The notes under the pieces: model-generated
Told to the model about the DNA's origin: nothing
The model's database searches: none
What the model saw: only the letters and a program-made list of their open reading frames with translations
Translations under genes and position numbers: made by a program
Shown: positions 29,813 through 42,169 of the stretch, piece after piece
Layout of the letters: each line of letters begins with the position of its first letter
Position numbering within the stretch: the stretch's first letter is position 1
NCBI GenBank assembly: GCA_044070495.1
Contig: JBIPSI010000015.1
Coordinates: 64,001 to 128,000, forward strand
Reading direction: 5' to 3'
DNA: 64,000 nucleotides
From: Spirulina sp.
Lineage (GTDB): Bacteria; Cyanobacteriota; Cyanobacteriia; Phormidesmidales; Phormidesmidaceae

Positions 29813-30802
29813 TTAGTTAAACTTGTAGTAAACATTATCTTTATGAAAAAGCGCCTGAATGCGACGGCTTAGGATGCCGGGAAAGCGCTGGAACAACACG
29901 GCGATAAACCCAGGGTAAGCGGAAACCTGGCCTAGGGCTTGGGCGTACTTCTTGCCTTTAAGGGGTTCAACCACGCTGTAGTAGTCTCGATATTTAGCCG
30001 TTTCCCTGAGTTTGAAGGCCAGAGCCTTGGCCAGATTGGGATGGCTGGCCAAGTACGATTGGTGCTCCGCCATGAAGCGGGTAATCGCCTCACATTCCTG
30101 GTCAAGGCGTAGGGTAATTTTCGTGCTGGAGGTCAGGGCTCCTTCGCGGCAACGATAGTAGTAGTAGGGCTTTGGCAGCAGCCAAAAATTGGCTCCATTG
30201 ACGAGACAGTCGAGGGCAATCCAAAAGTCTTGACTGACGATAATTTCAGGCCGGTAGGCCACGCTGTGATCGCAGAGAAACTGGCGCTTAAATATGGGTT
30301 TACTAAAGCCTAGCTTTAGCCCTCTCTGGCTTTCCACATCAGACTTTACGAAGTCTACCGGGCGGACATAGATGGGCTGGGTGCAAGTCGTTCCGCCCCA
30401 AGCCAGCAGCGTGGTTCTGGGTTGATTATGGCCATCCTCCACGATATAAAGATCGTCGGCGACCATGTCGGCCCCTTGGGCTTGGGCAAGGTTAACGAGG
30501 CGCTCCAAACGACCGGGAGCATACCAATCATCGGAATCAAGCACCGCCACCCAATCGCCGTGGGACTCCCGGATGGCTCGATTGCGGGAGGCTCCAGCCC
30601 CCATATTGTGGTCATTCTTAAACAGCTTTACCCGATTATCGGTAATTGACCTCACCACGGAGACGGTTTTATCGGTGGATCCATCATCCACCACCACCAC
30701 CTCAAAGTTCTGCCAGGTTTGATCGAGAACGGATCGGATCGCTTTCTCAATGTAGGCCTCGGTATTGTAGGCCGGGATGATCACCGATACGACTGGATTC
30801 AT
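29813..30802 (-). CDS. Glycosyltransferase family 2
   Basis: VSVIIPAYN, VDDGSTD, LDSDD. Confidence 0.92.
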   Translation of the reverse strand: MNPVVSVIIPAYNTEAYIEKAIRSVLDQTWQNFEVVVVDDGSTDKTVSVVRSITDNRVKLFKNDHNMGAGASRNRAIRESHGDWVAVLDSDDWYAPGRLERLVNLAQAQGADMVADDLYIVEDGHNQPRTTLLAWGGTTCTQPIYVRPVDFVKSDVESQRGLKLGFSKPIFKRQFLCDHSVAYRPEIIVSQDFWIALDCLVNGANFWLLPKPYYYYRCREGALTSSTKITLRLDQECEAITRFMAEHQSYLASHPNLAKALAFKLRETAKYRDYYSVVEPLKGKKYAQALGQVSAYPGFIAVLFQRFPGILSRRIQALFHKDNVYYKFN

Positions 30803-31319
30803 GGTTGGTACACCCTAGGTTCGGGGAACAATTATCGATACCGGAACTGGTCACCAGATGGAACTTCCATAGGCCGTTTGGTCATCACCCTAGCGCTATT
30901 TTGGCCCAGTGCCTACTATCTTAGGGACGACATGGTTGTTCCTAAGTGGTGTGCCCTGTGTTTACAGGTCTTGATTTAATCGTTGTGTTTTTAGTGGTGG
31001 GGCTGATTTTCTACGCTACCAGTGCCGATGGGGGTGGGTCGGAATTCAAGCCAGAACCCCTGACCTGGATGGTGGTGGTGGTGGTGGTGGGCATGATTTT
31101 GATGTCGTTGATGTGATGCGGTGGTGGGGATGGGGCGCAGGGGGTGGCTTGAAGTTATGACAAAGCCTTAAGTTTATTGAAAAAAACAATGGGTCGTTGG
31201 CCAAGGGTGGGCTTTCCAGTACAATTGCGTCCCAAAAGCCACGCAGTTGTCCACACCCTGCTCCCGCAGCGGACTTGACAGGATAAAGCCCTTTACCTTA
31301 CCCCCGTTAGGACGTTCCT

Positions 31320-32222
31320 ATGACCTCCGTTGTCCCCCGCCCCACGGATGACTCCCGCCTGAACCAACTGCCCGAGTCGGTACGGGCACACCTGCAAGAG
31401 CGCTTCCAGCTTGTGGTTCCGGCCTCGACGACTGCGACGCCCCCCCGACTTTCCCACCCTCACCCGTCTGCCCCTGTGCCCCCACGCCCCGCCAGCCCAA
31501 AAGCCAAGCCCCATTCCCACCCCGCGACCGCCGGGGATGCCAAGGCTCCGGCCTCGGCCATAGTTAGCCTAGATAGGGTAGAAAAAATTTATCCCAACGG
31601 CAGTACAGCCCTCACCGACGTGAGTTTAACGGTGAACCAGGGCGACTTTTTGTTTGTGACGGGGCCATCGGGATCGGGAAAATCCACTCTCCTGAAACTT
31701 CTCTACGGCTACGAGCGCCCCACGAGCGGGGAAATTTTGGTGGCCAACGAACCTATCGCCAAGCTGCGGGGCAACCAACTGGCGATGATGCGTCGCCGCA
31801 TTGGGGTAGTGTTTCAAGACTACAAACTGATCCCTCGCCGCACCGTGGCCGAAAACGTGGCCTTTGTGCTGTGGGCGCAGGGCTTCACCCGCAAGGAGGT
31901 GCATCGCCGCCTGTGGCCAGCCCTGAAAATGGTGGGGCTGCAAAACAAAGCCCAGTGCTTCCCGGAGGAGCTTTCCGGGGGCGAACAACAGCGGGTTAGC
32001 ATTGCCCGCGCCGTCGTCAACACACCGCCCCTGTTGCTGGCCGACGAACCCACCGGAAACCTGGATGCCGACAACTCCCTCCAGGTGATCAAGATCCTCA
32101 AAAAGCTCAACTCCATTGGCATCACCGTCATCGTTACCACCCACGACGAGCAGTTGGTGCGGATCTCCAACCACCCCGTCGTCCAAATCAAAAACGGTCG
32201 CCTGCACCACCTAGTTCGTTAG
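31320..32222 (+). CDS. ftsE: Cell division ATP-binding protein FtsE
   Basis: [37 protein letters not shown]; Pro-rich N-terminal extension. Confidence 0.85.
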   Translation: MTSVVPRPTDDSRLNQLPESVRAHLQERFQLVVPASTTATPPRLSHPHPSAPVPPRPASPKAKPHSHPATAGDAKAPASAIVSLDRVEKIYPNGSTALTDVSLTVNQGDFLFVTGPSGSGKSTLLKLLYGYERPTSGEILVANEPIAKLRGNQLAMMRRRIGVVFQDYKLIPRRTVAENVAFVLWAQGFTRKEVHRRLWPALKMVGLQNKAQCFPEELSGGEQQRVSIARAVVNTPPLLLADEPTGNLDADNSLQVIKILKKLNSIGITVIVTTHDEQLVRISNHPVVQIKNGRLHHLVR

Positions 32223-32393
32223 CCTAGGAATCTATCGAAGCACCCAACCTACTCGCCTTGGTTCCGTCAACGCAACATTCCGTAACATCTGCGGGCGTGC
32301 CCTCGCCAATCAATAGGATAATGATCAGAGCCAAATCCAGGTGGTGTTTGTGGCCTGGATGCTTACGTTTTAGGTATCTGCGAGGAAAGTGCT

Positions 32394-33695
32394 TTGGTCA
32401 GTACAGCCCCATTAAAAACATCGAAATCCCAAGAGATTTTCACCGCCGCCCAAAACCTGATGCCGGGGGGAGTTAGTTCTCCGGTGCGGGCCTTCAAGTC
32501 GGTGGGGGGTCAGCCCATTGTCTTCGACCGGGTCAAGGGGGCGTACATCTGGGATGTGGACGGCAACCAATATATCGACTACGTGGGCACCTGGGGGCCT
32601 GCCATTTGCGGCCATGCCCACCCCGAAGTGCTCTCAGCCCTGGCGGCGGCGCTAGAAAAGGGCACCAGCTTTGGCGCACCCTGCTATCTCGAAAACGTGC
32701 TGGCCGAGATGGTGATCCAGGCCGTGCCCAGCATTGAAATGGTGCGCTTTGTGAACTCCGGCACCGAAGCCTGTATGGCGGTGCTGCGCTTGATGCGGGC
32801 CTACACCCAGCGCAACAAAATTATTAAATTCTCCGGCTGCTACCACGGCCACGCCGATATGTTCCTGGTTCAGGCTGGATCAGGCGTTGCGACGCTGGGC
32901 CTACCCGATTCCCCCGGTGTACCCAAGGCCGCAACTAGCGACACCCTGACGGCTCCCTACAACGATCTCGAAGCGGTGAAAGCCCTGTTTGCCCAAAACC
33001 CAGGGGAAATTGCCGGGGTGATTTTGGAACCCGTGGTGGGTAATGCGGGCTTTATTACCCCCGATGCGGGCTTCCTAGAGGGGCTGCGCGACATCACCCG
33101 CGAAAATGATGCCCTGCTGGTGTTTGACGAAGTGATGACCGGGTTCCGCATTTCCTACGGTGGTGCCCAGGCCAAGTTCAACGTCACCCCCGACCTCACC
33201 ACCATGGGTAAGGTAATCGGCGGCGGTCTGCCCGTAGGGGCCTACGGTGGTCGGCGCGAAATCATGGAAATGGTGGCCCCCGCTGGCCCGGTGTACCAGG
33301 CGGGTACCCTTTCCGGCAACCCCCTAGCCATGACCGCCGGGATCAAAACCCTGGAACTGCTCCAGCGCCCCGGCACCTACGAGGAACTGGAACGCCTCAC
33401 CGCCAAGCTCAGCGAAGGTCTGCTGCAAGCGGCCCGTGAAGCAGGTCACGAAGTCTGCGGCGGCCACATCAGCGCTATGTTCGGCATGTTCTTCCACCCC
33501 GGCCCCATCACCCGCTACGAAGAGGCCAAGCTGGCCGACCTAGACAAGTTCAGCCGCTTCCACCGGGCCATGCTGGAGCGTGGGGTCTACCTCGCCCCCT
33601 CCCAGTTCGAGGCCGGATTCACCTCCCTGGCCCACACCGACGCCGACATCGAGGCCACCCTCGCCGCCGCCCGCGACGTGTTCGCCACCCTGTAG
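32394..33695 (+). CDS. hemL: Glutamate-1-semialdehyde 2,1-aminomutase
   Basis: [41 protein letters not shown]. Confidence 0.98.
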   Translation: MVSTAPLKTSKSQEIFTAAQNLMPGGVSSPVRAFKSVGGQPIVFDRVKGAYIWDVDGNQYIDYVGTWGPAICGHAHPEVLSALAAALEKGTSFGAPCYLENVLAEMVIQAVPSIEMVRFVNSGTEACMAVLRLMRAYTQRNKIIKFSGCYHGHADMFLVQAGSGVATLGLPDSPGVPKAATSDTLTAPYNDLEAVKALFAQNPGEIAGVILEPVVGNAGFITPDAGFLEGLRDITRENDALLVFDEVMTGFRISYGGAQAKFNVTPDLTTMGKVIGGGLPVGAYGGRREIMEMVAPAGPVYQAGTLSGNPLAMTAGIKTLELLQRPGTYEELERLTAKLSEGLLQAAREAGHEVCGGHISAMFGMFFHPGPITRYEEAKLADLDKFSRFHRAMLERGVYLAPSQFEAGFTSLAHTDADIEATLAAARDVFATL

Positions 33696-33711
33696 GGGCG
33701 GTTAGGTGTTG

Positions 33712-33886
33712 GAGATCCCCCCTGCTCCCCTTGGGAAGGGGGCTGGTTCTTGGGTGCTTCTCAAAGTCCCCCTTCCTAAAGGGGCGACTCACGGTCACAT
33801 CTCAAAGTCCCCCTTTGCAAGGGGGATTTAGGGGGATCTCCGCTTCTCAAAGTCCCCCTTTGCAAGGGGGATTTAGGGGGATCTCC
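33712..33886. repeat. Cyanobacterial dispersed hairpin repeats (ccccctt..aaggggg family)
   Basis: 42-bp exact tandem pair at 33800..33841 and 33845..33886 plus degenerate and inverted units; relatives at 12131-12210 and 56535-56644. Confidence 0.85.
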
Positions 33887-33932
33887 AACGTCTGATGGCT
33901 CAATTCAATCTCTCGTACCCACCCCTAATCAC

Positions 33933-35477
33933 ATGGCTCCCTCTGACCCCACGGCTTCGGGCCTTTCCCTCAAGCGTTTGGCCCTGATTGTTGTGACAGC
34001 CCTGGTGTCTCTGGTGCTGGCACAGTCGCTATTGAATAGTCTGACCGAACCCCAGGTGGCCAGTCAGCTTCAGCTTTACCAAACCGATCTACTGCTGGAA
34101 AGTAGTGCCTGGGACGGAGCCGGATTGCCCCCCGACCAATGGCCTATGCTGCGCCAGGGCTTGCTGGGGAACAATCCCATCGCCACCGCCCAAAAGCAGT
34201 ACGAATCTGTGCGGGAGGAGGCCGCCACCCTGGCCCAGGAGGCTACACCCATTCCGGCCAACCTGGGGGAATCGGCCAACGACGGCAAACCCCTGCCCCG
34301 CCGCCAACAAAACGCCCTAGACCAACAGCAAACTCTGATCGCAGAACTGGATCTGCGTCTGGGGTTAATGGAAGCATCTCAGGACAACCTCCCTGCCGCC
34401 CTAGATCGCTGGAGCCAAGTGCGAGACAGTGAAACTGCTCCCGATACGCTCATCCGCACCGCCAACACCCTTACCCGCCTATGGCAGGAGGAAACCGCCC
34501 TGCCCGAAGACGAGGCTTGGCTGCGGCAATCTCTAAAAGGCTGGTTTGCCACCCGTGCCCTAGAACAGCTCTATCGCGTTGAAAACCGATCAGGGGATCG
34601 CCAGCAACTGCTTGACCAAGAGCAAACCACCGCTCAAGATCAACTGGTGAAGCTGGCCCTAGTGGGCACTCTTCCCGCCCTAGGATCCGTCCTGGGAATT
34701 GGGATTATCCTGGGCCTGGGCTTTCAGTGGTTCCTCAAGGGTGAGCGATCCCTCCTGCGCCGCCCCGCCAGCCCGGAGTGGGAGATTCCCTGGGACGGCG
34801 AAACCATCTGGCAAGTCCTCATCGTGGGCTTTTTCTTTGTCGGCCAAATTCTGCTGCCCCTGCTGCTGGGCGGTTTGGGCCTTAGTGGTGCCGCCCTCAG
34901 CAGTCGCGGACGAGCGATTTTTTCCCTCAGTTACTACCTGCTGATGGCGGCCGGGGGCCTAGGGGTGCTGTGGCTGTCGGTGCGGCCCTATCGTCCTCTG
35001 TCTGAGGGGCTGTTTCGGATTCGGCTCTCCCTCCCCGGCCTGCTCTGGGGCATGGGCGGCTATCTCGTCGCCCTACCGTTGATGCTGCTGGTGGCCCTGG
35101 TGAACCAGCAAATCTGGCAAGGCCAGGGAGGCAGCAATCCCCTCCTGCAAACGGTACTGGAAGAACAAGATCCCGTCGCCCTAATTGTCTTCTTTGTCAC
35201 CGCCGCCATTGCTGCCCCGCTGTTTGAGGAAACCCTGTTTCGCGGCTTTTTGCTACCATCTCTAACCAAATATATGACCGTGGGCTGGGCCGTTGGACTG
35301 AGTGGCCTCATCTTCGCCGCCGCCCACCTTAGCCTCTCGGAGGTATTGCCCCTGACGCTGCTGGGCTGCATTTTAGGGGGCGTCTACAGCCGATCCCGCA
35401 ACCTGCTCTCCCCCATGGTGCTGCACAGCCTTTGGAATAGCGCCACCATGCTAGGGCTGTTTATCCTAGGCGGCTAG
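33933..35477 (+). CDS. CPBP (CAAX/Abi) intramembrane metalloprotease
   Basis: EETLFRG, FAAAH, HSLWN motifs; multiple TM segments. Confidence 0.92.
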   Translation: MAPSDPTASGLSLKRLALIVVTALVSLVLAQSLLNSLTEPQVASQLQLYQTDLLLESSAWDGAGLPPDQWPMLRQGLLGNNPIATAQKQYESVREEAATLAQEATPIPANLGESANDGKPLPRRQQNALDQQQTLIAELDLRLGLMEASQDNLPAALDRWSQVRDSETAPDTLIRTANTLTRLWQEETALPEDEAWLRQSLKGWFATRALEQLYRVENRSGDRQQLLDQEQTTAQDQLVKLALVGTLPALGSVLGIGIILGLGFQWFLKGERSLLRRPASPEWEIPWDGETIWQVLIVGFFFVGQILLPLLLGGLGLSGAALSSRGRAIFSLSYYLLMAAGGLGVLWLSVRPYRPLSEGLFRIRLSLPGLLWGMGGYLVALPLMLLVALVNQQIWQGQGGSNPLLQTVLEEQDPVALIVFFVTAAIAAPLFEETLFRGFLLPSLTKYMTVGWAVGLSGLIFAAAHLSLSEVLPLTLLGCILGGVYSRSRNLLSPMVLHSLWNSATMLGLFILGG

Positions 35478-35525
35478 CACCACCGCCAGGATTTCGCCAT
35501 AGATACCAAACTCTAAGCCCACCTT

Positions 35526-35534
35526 TGCTATACT
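35526..35534 (+). promoter_or_regulatory. Extended -10 promoter of tRNA-Cys
   Basis: TGcTATACT about 15 bp upstream of the tRNA. Confidence 0.55.
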
Positions 35535-35548
35535 AATAAACCAAAGGT

Positions 35549-35620
<72 letters not shown>

Positions 35621-36038
35621 TTGATAGTCATGTAATTGTCTGAAGCTTTCCTAAAGGCTCAATTGGGTTACTAAGACCTGGTTGACTGACAGAGCTTACC
35701 AAAACCCAGATCCGTCAGCGAGCTAGGGGATCCTGCCTCCTACATGATCCAAATGCCGTAGGGGCATGGTTGCCGTGCCCAGCGCAATCTTTGGTTAGTC
35801 AACCAGAATCCATCCTGTGGACTGACTGCCCTAGCGTCTAGGTCAAGCCTCGGATCATTTAGGGGCTACTGTTTCTGCTGTGAAAAGCTTTAGCGTCATA
35901 GCGCTAGCTCATTCAGCGGGGTGTGACGGCAACCCGCATGGAGATCGGGGGGAACACCGATCCTGTTAACAATCCCTAACTTTCTACAATGCAACCATAG
36001 TGAATTTTGTAGAAAAACACCTAGCCGGAGCAATTCCT

Positions 36039-38654
36039 ATGCAACCTACCCAAGGTCAATTTACGGAAAAAGCCTGGGAAGCGATTATCCAGTCCCAGGA
36101 TCTGACCAAACAGTCTCAGCATCAGCAGATTGAGAGCGAACATTTACTGCTGGCCTTGCTGAATCAAGAAGGACTCGCTGCCAGCATTTTTACCAAGCTG
36201 GGGGCCGATGTGTCGCGCCTGCGGGAACGCGCCGAAGCCTTTATCAACAGTCAGCCTAAGGTTTCTGGGGCCGGATCCTCGGTGTATTTGGGCAAATCCC
36301 TAGACAGTCTGTTAGATCGGGCCGATACTTACAAAAAAGACTACGGCGACGAGTTTATTTCCATCGAGCACTTGATTTTGGCCTACGCCAACGATTCGCG
36401 TTTTGGCAAGGGGCTATTTCAAGAACTGGGCATTACCGAAGCTAACTTAAAACAAGCGATCCAATCCATTCGAGGCACCCAAAAAGTGACCGACCAAAAC
36501 CCTGAAGGCAAATATCAATCCCTGGAGAAATACGGGCGCGACCTGACGGAAGCCGCCAGCCAGGGCAAACTCGACCCGGTGATTGGCCGCGATGATGAAA
36601 TTCGCCGCACCATCCAAATTCTCTCCCGCCGCACCAAAAATAACCCGGTGCTAATTGGGGAACCTGGCGTGGGCAAAACCGCCATTGCCGAAGGATTGGC
36701 CCAGCGGATTGTAAAGGGTGATGTGCCGGAATCGCTACAAAACCGCAAGCTGATTACCCTGGATATGGGGTCGCTAATTGCCGGGGCCAAATACCGGGGT
36801 GAATTTGAAGAACGGCTGAAAGCGGTACTAAAAGAGGTCACTGATTCCGCCGGACAAATTATTCTCTTTATCGACGAAATTCACACCGTCGTTGGGGCTG
36901 GGGCCACCCAGGGGGCAATGGATGCGGGTAACCTGCTGAAGCCCATGCTGGCGCGGGGCGAACTGCGCTGTATTGGCGCAACCACGCTGGATGAGTACCG
37001 CAAATACATCGAAAAAGATGCCGCCCTAGAACGACGTTTCCAGCAGGTTTATGTGGATCAGCCCAGCGTGGAGGATACCATCTCCATTCTGCGGGGGCTG
37101 AAGGATCGCTACGAAACCCACCACAACGTCAAAATTTCCGACAGCGCCCTAGTGGCCGCTGCGACCCTTTCTACGCGGTATATTTCTGACCGATTTTTGC
37201 CGGATAAAGCTATCGATCTAGTCGATGAAGCCGCCGCCAAACTGAAGATGGAGGTCACCTCTAAACCTGAGGAACTGGACGAGGTGGATCGCAAGATCTT
37301 GCAACTAGAAATGGAGCGGCTATCTCTCCAAAAGGAAAGCGACAATGCCTCTAAGGAACGGCTGGATCGCCTAGATCGGGAACTGGCCGACCTGAAGGAA
37401 CAGCAAACCACCTTCAATGCCCTCTGGCAGTCGGAAAAGGACATGCTGGAAGAGCGCAAGGCGGTGAAAAGCAAGATCGATCAGGTGGAGGTGGAAATCC
37501 AGCAGGCGGAACGCGCCTATGACCTGAACAAAGCCGCCGAATTGAAGTACGGCAAATTGACGGAACTGCAACGCCAATTGGAAGCCGCCGAGCAGAAAAT
37601 GGCGGAGATGCAGGAGTCTGGTCGTTCCCTCACCCGTGAAGAGGTGATTGAGTCGGACATTGCCGAGATTATCTCCAAATGGACGGGCATTCCGGTTAGC
37701 AAATTGGTGCAGTCGGAAATGCAGAAACTGCTGCTGCTGGAGGACGAACTCCATCAGCGGGTGGTGGGTCAAGACGAGGCCGTCACCGCCGTGGCCGATG
37801 CCATCCAGCGTTCCCGGGCCGGACTGGCCGACCCCAACCGTCCCATCGCCAGCTTCATTTTCCTTGGCCCCACCGGGGTCGGCAAAACCGAGCTAGCCAA
37901 AGCCCTCGCCGCCTACCTGTTCGACACCGAAGAGGCCATGGTGCGCATCGATATGTCCGAATATATGGAGAAGCACGCCGTTTCTCGGTTAATTGGGGCA
38001 CCTCCCGGCTACGTGGGCTACGACGAAGGGGGCCAACTGACAGAGGCCATCCGCCGCCGCCCCTTTGCGGTAATTCTGTTCGACGAAATCGAAAAAGCCC
38101 ACCCCGACGTGTTCAACGTCATGCTGCAAATTTTGGATGATGGCCGCGTCACCGATGCCCAGGGCCGCACGGTGGACTTCAAAAACACCATCATCATCAT
38201 GACCAGCAACATCGGATCCCAGTACATCCTGGATCTGGCGGGCGAAGATGAGCAGTACGACGAAATGAAATCCCGCGTCATGGAAGCTCTGCGCGGCAAC
38301 TTCCGGCCCGAATTCCTCAACCGGGTGGATGAGATGATCATCTTCCACGGGCTGCGGAAATCCCAACTGCGGGAGATCGTCAAGCTGCAAGTGGTGCGGT
38401 TGGAACAGCGCTTGGCCGACCGCAAGATGGCCGTCAAACTCTCGGAAGCCGCCCTCGACTTCCTGGCCGAAGTGGGCTACGACCCCGTCTACGGTGCCCG
38501 TCCCCTGAAGCGGGCGATCCAGCGGGAACTGGAAACCCAGATCGCCAAATCCATCCTGCGGGGCGAATTTGGCGAAGGCGACACCATCTTCGTGGATGTA
38601 GAGAACGAGCGGCTCTCCTTCAAGCGTCTGCCCGCCGAACTGGTGACCACCTAG
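36039..38654 (+). CDS. clpB: ATP-dependent chaperone ClpB
   Basis: Two AAA+ modules ([16 protein letters not shown]), coiled-coil M domain, GARPLKR. Confidence 0.98.
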   Translation: MQPTQGQFTEKAWEAIIQSQDLTKQSQHQQIESEHLLLALLNQEGLAASIFTKLGADVSRLRERAEAFINSQPKVSGAGSSVYLGKSLDSLLDRADTYKKDYGDEFISIEHLILAYANDSRFGKGLFQELGITEANLKQAIQSIRGTQKVTDQNPEGKYQSLEKYGRDLTEAASQGKLDPVIGRDDEIRRTIQILSRRTKNNPVLIGEPGVGKTAIAEGLAQRIVKGDVPESLQNRKLITLDMGSLIAGAKYRGEFEERLKAVLKEVTDSAGQIILFIDEIHTVVGAGATQGAMDAGNLLKPMLARGELRCIGATTLDEYRKYIEKDAALERRFQQVYVDQPSVEDTISILRGLKDRYETHHNVKISDSALVAAATLSTRYISDRFLPDKAIDLVDEAAAKLKMEVTSKPEELDEVDRKILQLEMERLSLQKESDNASKERLDRLDRELADLKEQQTTFNALWQSEKDMLEERKAVKSKIDQVEVEIQQAERAYDLNKAAELKYGKLTELQRQLEAAEQKMAEMQESGRSLTREEVIESDIAEIISKWTGIPVSKLVQSEMQKLLLLEDELHQRVVGQDEAVTAVADAIQRSRAGLADPNRPIASFIFLGPTGVGKTELAKALAAYLFDTEEAMVRIDMSEYMEKHAVSRLIGAPPGYVGYDEGGQLTEAIRRRPFAVILFDEIEKAHPDVFNVMLQILDDGRVTDAQGRTVDFKNTIIIMTSNIGSQYILDLAGEDEQYDEMKSRVMEALRGNFRPEFLNRVDEMIIFHGLRKSQLREIVKLQVVRLEQRLADRKMAVKLSEAALDFLAEVGYDPVYGARPLKRAIQRELETQIAKSILRGEFGEGDTIFVDVENERLSFKRLPAELVTT

Positions 38655-38672
38655 GCACGATCCTGTGTCTTT

Positions 38673-38794
38673 AGATCCCAGGGTTCTATCAGGTGTTGTG
38701 ACCCTAGGTTCATGCCCTGCATCAAGAACCCTGGGATCTTGCGTCAGGTGTTGTGACCCTAGGTTTATGCCCTGCATCAAGAACCCTGGGATCT
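38673..38794. repeat. 55-bp-period tandem duplication with inverted ends
   Basis: 38689..38739 and 38744..38794 differ at one base; agatcccagggttct (38673) is the reverse complement of agaaccctgggatct (38725, 38780). Confidence 0.85.
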
Positions 38795-38833
38795 CTGTAC
38801 TGGGCTGTGCTACCCTAGTAAAGTTGTCAAAAT

Positions 38834-38896
38834 CGCACATCCGAAATTTCGGGTCTCCCAACTTGGGAGCAGATTCGGATGGTGGCTAAACCCGAA
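38834..38896 (+). ncRNA. rpsB (S2) leader RNA, t44-like
   Basis: catccgaa/ttcggatg stem, inner ctccca/tgggag hairpin, ttcgggt able to pair with acccgaa (pseudoknot), directly upstream of rpsB. Confidence 0.65.
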
Positions 38897-38909
38897 AGGA
38901 GAAAACCCA

Positions 38910-39689
38910 ATGCCCGTGATTACGCTCCCTGAGCTACTAGAATCTGGCGTCCATTTTGGGCACCAAACCCGTCGCTGGAACCCGAAGATGGATCAATACA
39001 TCTTCACCTCCCGCAACGGCGTCCACATTATTGACCTGGTGCAAACCGCCCAGCTCATCGAAGAAGCCTACGCCTTCACCCGTTCCGCCGCTGAAAAGGG
39101 CCAAAAGTTTCTGTTCATCGGCACCAAGCGCCAAGCCGCTGGCATCGTTGCCCAAGAGGCGGCTCGTTGCGGCTCCCACTACGTGAACCAGCGCTGGCTG
39201 GGTGGGATGCTGACCAACTGGGCTACCATCAAATCCCGTGCCGACCGCCTGAAAGAGCTGGAGCGCATGGAGGAAACCGGGGCCATTGAACTGCGCCCCA
39301 AAAAAGAGGCCGCTGTGCTGCGTCGGGAACTGGAAAAGCTGCAAAAGTATCTGGGCGGCATTAAAACCATGCGTCGCGTCCCTGATGTAGCCATCATCGT
39401 AGACATCAAGCGGGAATATAACGCCGTTTCCGAGTGCCACAAGCTGGGCATTCCCATCATCTCCCTGCTGGATACCAACTGCGACCCCGACCTGGTGGAT
39501 GTGCCCATTCCCGGCAACGACGATGCCATTCGCTCCATCAAGCTGATCCTGGGCAAACTGGCCGATGCTATCTACGAAGGCTCCCACGGGGGCCAAGCCG
39601 TCAGCGACTACGATGACGAAGACTACGATGGTGCCGAGGACGAGGACTACGGCTACGATGCCCCCTCTGCCGATAGCGACGACGCCTAG
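38910..39689 (+). CDS. rpsB: 30S ribosomal protein S2
   Basis: [40 protein letters not shown]. Confidence 0.99.
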   Translation: MPVITLPELLESGVHFGHQTRRWNPKMDQYIFTSRNGVHIIDLVQTAQLIEEAYAFTRSAAEKGQKFLFIGTKRQAAGIVAQEAARCGSHYVNQRWLGGMLTNWATIKSRADRLKELERMEETGAIELRPKKEAAVLRRELEKLQKYLGGIKTMRRVPDVAIIVDIKREYNAVSECHKLGIPIISLLDTNCDPDLVDVPIPGNDDAIRSIKLILGKLADAIYEGSHGGQAVSDYDDEDYDGAEDEDYGYDAPSADSDDA

Positions 39690-39991
39690 GATCTCCTATT
39701 CCGGCAAGATTCGGCATGGCGGATCGAATCTTGCTGGTTTAATCAACCTATCGCTCAGCCTGGAAAGGGATAGAGAGTAGGTGCGGGAGAGGCCATCTCT
39801 TCCCTCTCCCGCTACGGTTAGCGGGTTGAACGTCTCCTTAGCCGCATGACAGTTTGAGCCGCTGGCTGGGTAGAAAAACTGACAGGAAGATTCCCCTGGG
39901 GTTTAAGCTGAGTAAGGGCAGTGCCCAGGGTTTGCATTTGCCCAGGGTTTGTATTTGATAGTTGAAGAGCGCGTTAGGACGTTAAATCACC

Positions 39992-40762
39992 ATGGCAGAC
40001 ATTTCTGCAAAACTGGTTAAAGAGCTGCGCGATAAGACTGGCGCAGGCATGATGGACTGCAAAAAAGCCCTGAAGGAAAACGATGGCGACATCGAAAAAT
40101 CCATCGAGTGGCTGCGACAAAAGGGCATCGCCTCTGCCTCTAAGAAGGCGGGTCGGGTGGCCGCTGAGGGTATCATTGGCCAATACATCCACACTGGCGA
40201 CCGCATCGGCATCCTGGTAGAAGTGAACTGCGAAACCGACTTTGTGGCCCGCCGGGAGGAATTCAGAACCCTGGTGCGCGACATTGCCATGCAAATCGCT
40301 GCCTGCCCTAATGTGGAATACGTGAAGGTGGATGAGATTCCGGCGGACATTATCGCCAAGGAAAAGTCCATCGAAATGGGCCGCGATGACTTGGCGAACA
40401 AGCCCGAAGCCATGCGCGAGAAAATTGTCGAAGGCCGCATTCAAAAGCGCCTAAAAGAGCTGGCCCTGATGGATCAGCCCTACATTAAAGACCAAAACAT
40501 CTCCGTAGAAGAGCTGGTTAAGCAAACCATTTCTCAACTGGGCGAAAACATCCAGGTACGTCGCTTTGTGCGCTTTATCCTCGGCGAAGGCATCGAGAAG
40601 GAAGAGGTGGACTTTGCCGCTGAGGTAGCAGCCCAGACTGGGGCCAACAAAAAAGAAGAACCTGCCCCTGCTCCCGCCGCAGAAAAAGCTGAGGAAAAGC
40701 CCGCCGAAGCGAAGAAGGCTCCCGCAGCCTCTAGCGCCGCTAAGAAAAAGAAAAAGAAGTAG
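39992..40762 (+). CDS. tsf: Elongation factor Ts
   Basis: [26 protein letters not shown]; Ala/Lys-rich tail. Confidence 0.98.
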   Translation: MADISAKLVKELRDKTGAGMMDCKKALKENDGDIEKSIEWLRQKGIASASKKAGRVAAEGIIGQYIHTGDRIGILVEVNCETDFVARREEFRTLVRDIAMQIAACPNVEYVKVDEIPADIIAKEKSIEMGRDDLANKPEAMREKIVEGRIQKRLKELALMDQPYIKDQNISVEELVKQTISQLGENIQVRRFVRFILGEGIEKEEVDFAAEVAAQTGANKKEEPAPAPAAEKAEEKPAEAKKAPAASSAAKKKKKK

Positions 40763-40809
40763 TGTCCTCTAACGGATGAAAGCTTCATCCCAAGACTAGA
40801 CACTACCCT

Positions 40810-40842
40810 AAAAAAGGAGTAGCAATCCGCTACTCCTTTTTT
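40810..40842. terminator. Bidirectional intrinsic terminator
   Basis: aaaaaaggagtagc-aatcc-gctactcctttttt between convergent tsf and the CsbD-family gene. Confidence 0.85.
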
Positions 40843-40941
40843 GTATGTTTGAAGCCTAAACTGTTGCGGCTCAACTAGATTGCGGCTCAACTAAATCAAA
40901 CCGTATCTAGGTCAGCAAATGCCTTTAGCTAAAGCTAGGAT

Positions 40942-41124
40942 CTAATCAATCACATCCTTGAGCTTATCCTTGGCATCTTCTTCGGCATGGGTAATGCGGG
41001 CTTCCGCCTGTTTGGCCTTACCCTCGGCCTGATCCTTAGGATCGCCAGTAATTTCGCCAACGGCAGCTTGAACCTTGCCTTCAATGTTTTTAGCCGTCGC
41101 CTGTACACGATCTTCAATAGCCAT
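40942..41124 (-). CDS. CsbD-family stress protein
   Basis: GKVQAAVGEITGD...AEGKAKQ. Confidence 0.88.
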   Translation of the reverse strand: MAIEDRVQATAKNIEGKVQAAVGEITGDPKDQAEGKAKQAEARITHAEEDAKDKLKDVID

Positions 41125-41300
41125 AATCAGTCAGTTCCTTGGTTTGAACGTCCCTTACACCTTAGGCGTTCATTCCCTGGTTTCTCCTCTGCACAGCGAT
41201 AGAAGCCTAGGTCTACCCAACTGTATAGATTGAATGCATGGTTTTCCCAAAGTCCATTGATAACGCTCTAAAAAACGGTGCTCTATTCCCAATATAGGAG

Positions 41301-41669
41301 CTAGTCAACTCCAGAGTTCAGCAATCTGAAGCGATGGCCATCTTTGGTCACAACCACAAAGGCCTTCTGCAACGCTTCCATCGAGTATTGGGTGATGACT
41401 CGGCTCAACTCCCGGTGTACGGCATCCATTGTGGATGGCACCATCCGTAGGTAAATAACTCCTGTGCCCTGGGATCGCACAAAAACCAAAGTGCCATAGT
41501 CTCGATCCCGAGTGATCAAGATTCGCCCTTGGGCTTGAGCTAAACTGAGGATGGTTTCATCTGTGGCTCGTGCCATTCCCAGGGATGAAACACGAACTAG
41601 GTCGTAGCCCTTGTCTTGCAAAAATCGTTCTGTCTTGGCATAGACATCTTGATCCAATAAAAACCTCAT
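41301..41669 (-). CDS. DUF5615 (Mut7-C/PIN-like) toxin
   Basis: MRFLLDQDV, ATDETIL, LITRDRDYG. Confidence 0.85.
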   Translation of the reverse strand: MRFLLDQDVYAKTERFLQDKGYDLVRVSSLGMARATDETILSLAQAQGRILITRDRDYGTLVFVRSQGTGVIYLRMVPSTMDAVHRELSRVITQYSMEALQKAFVVVTKDGHRFRLLNSGVD

Positions 41670-41896
41670 ACCGCAGACGGAACAAGATTGATGTCCTCAG
41701 CCGCAATTAAAGCAATGGCATAACGTAGACAAGCTTGGATATCTTCAACGGATAAGTCTGGATAGTAGTCGGTGGTAATTTCCCCAAAGGAAAGCCCTTC
41801 AGTCAACAGTTCCAGCACGTTTTGTACCGTAATGCGCGTCCCTGCCACACAGGGTTTTCCAAAGTGAATCTGGGAATCAACTGAGATTCTATTCAT
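41666..41896 (-). CDS. DUF433 antitoxin
   Basis: GKPCVAGTRITV, YPDLSVEDIQACLRYA; overlaps the toxin start. Confidence 0.9.
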   Translation of the reverse strand: MNRISVDSQIHFGKPCVAGTRITVQNVLELLTEGLSFGEITTDYYPDLSVEDIQACLRYAIALIAAEDINLVPSAV

Positions 41897-42169
41897 ATCA
41901 GTACCCAATCCTATTGAAAGAAACGTCTTCAAGCCGTTGGATTTAATCAAAAAAACTGAATACTGAAACCGTGGGTTTTAGGAAAGGAGAATGCTCCATT
42001 GGTCACTATCCAGCGGGTTTGCGATGCATGTAGTTTAGCGTAGGGTACAGGGCTTAAACTACAGATGCGATTCAAGGTCTTGCAGAAGACTCTGAGTGCG
42101 GCTTTCCTCGTCGTGAAACCTCGGTTCTGCTGATGGTGGGCAGTGCCCACCCTACAGGAACTCGGTGAT

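Noticed and set aside
31068..31130. (GGT)n tract upstream of ftsE as a phase-variable or His-rich coding element
   Set aside because: No supported ORF or promoter link; treated as simple low-complexity sequence
31320..32222. ftsE without adjacent ftsX
   Set aside because: Unlinked ftsE and ftsX is not unusual enough to flag, and ftsX may lie outside the window
37989..38861. Long antisense ORFs over clpB, rpsB, smc, the flavoprotein and ABC genes
   Set aside because: Shadow ORFs expected from GC-rich codon bias opposite well-supported genes
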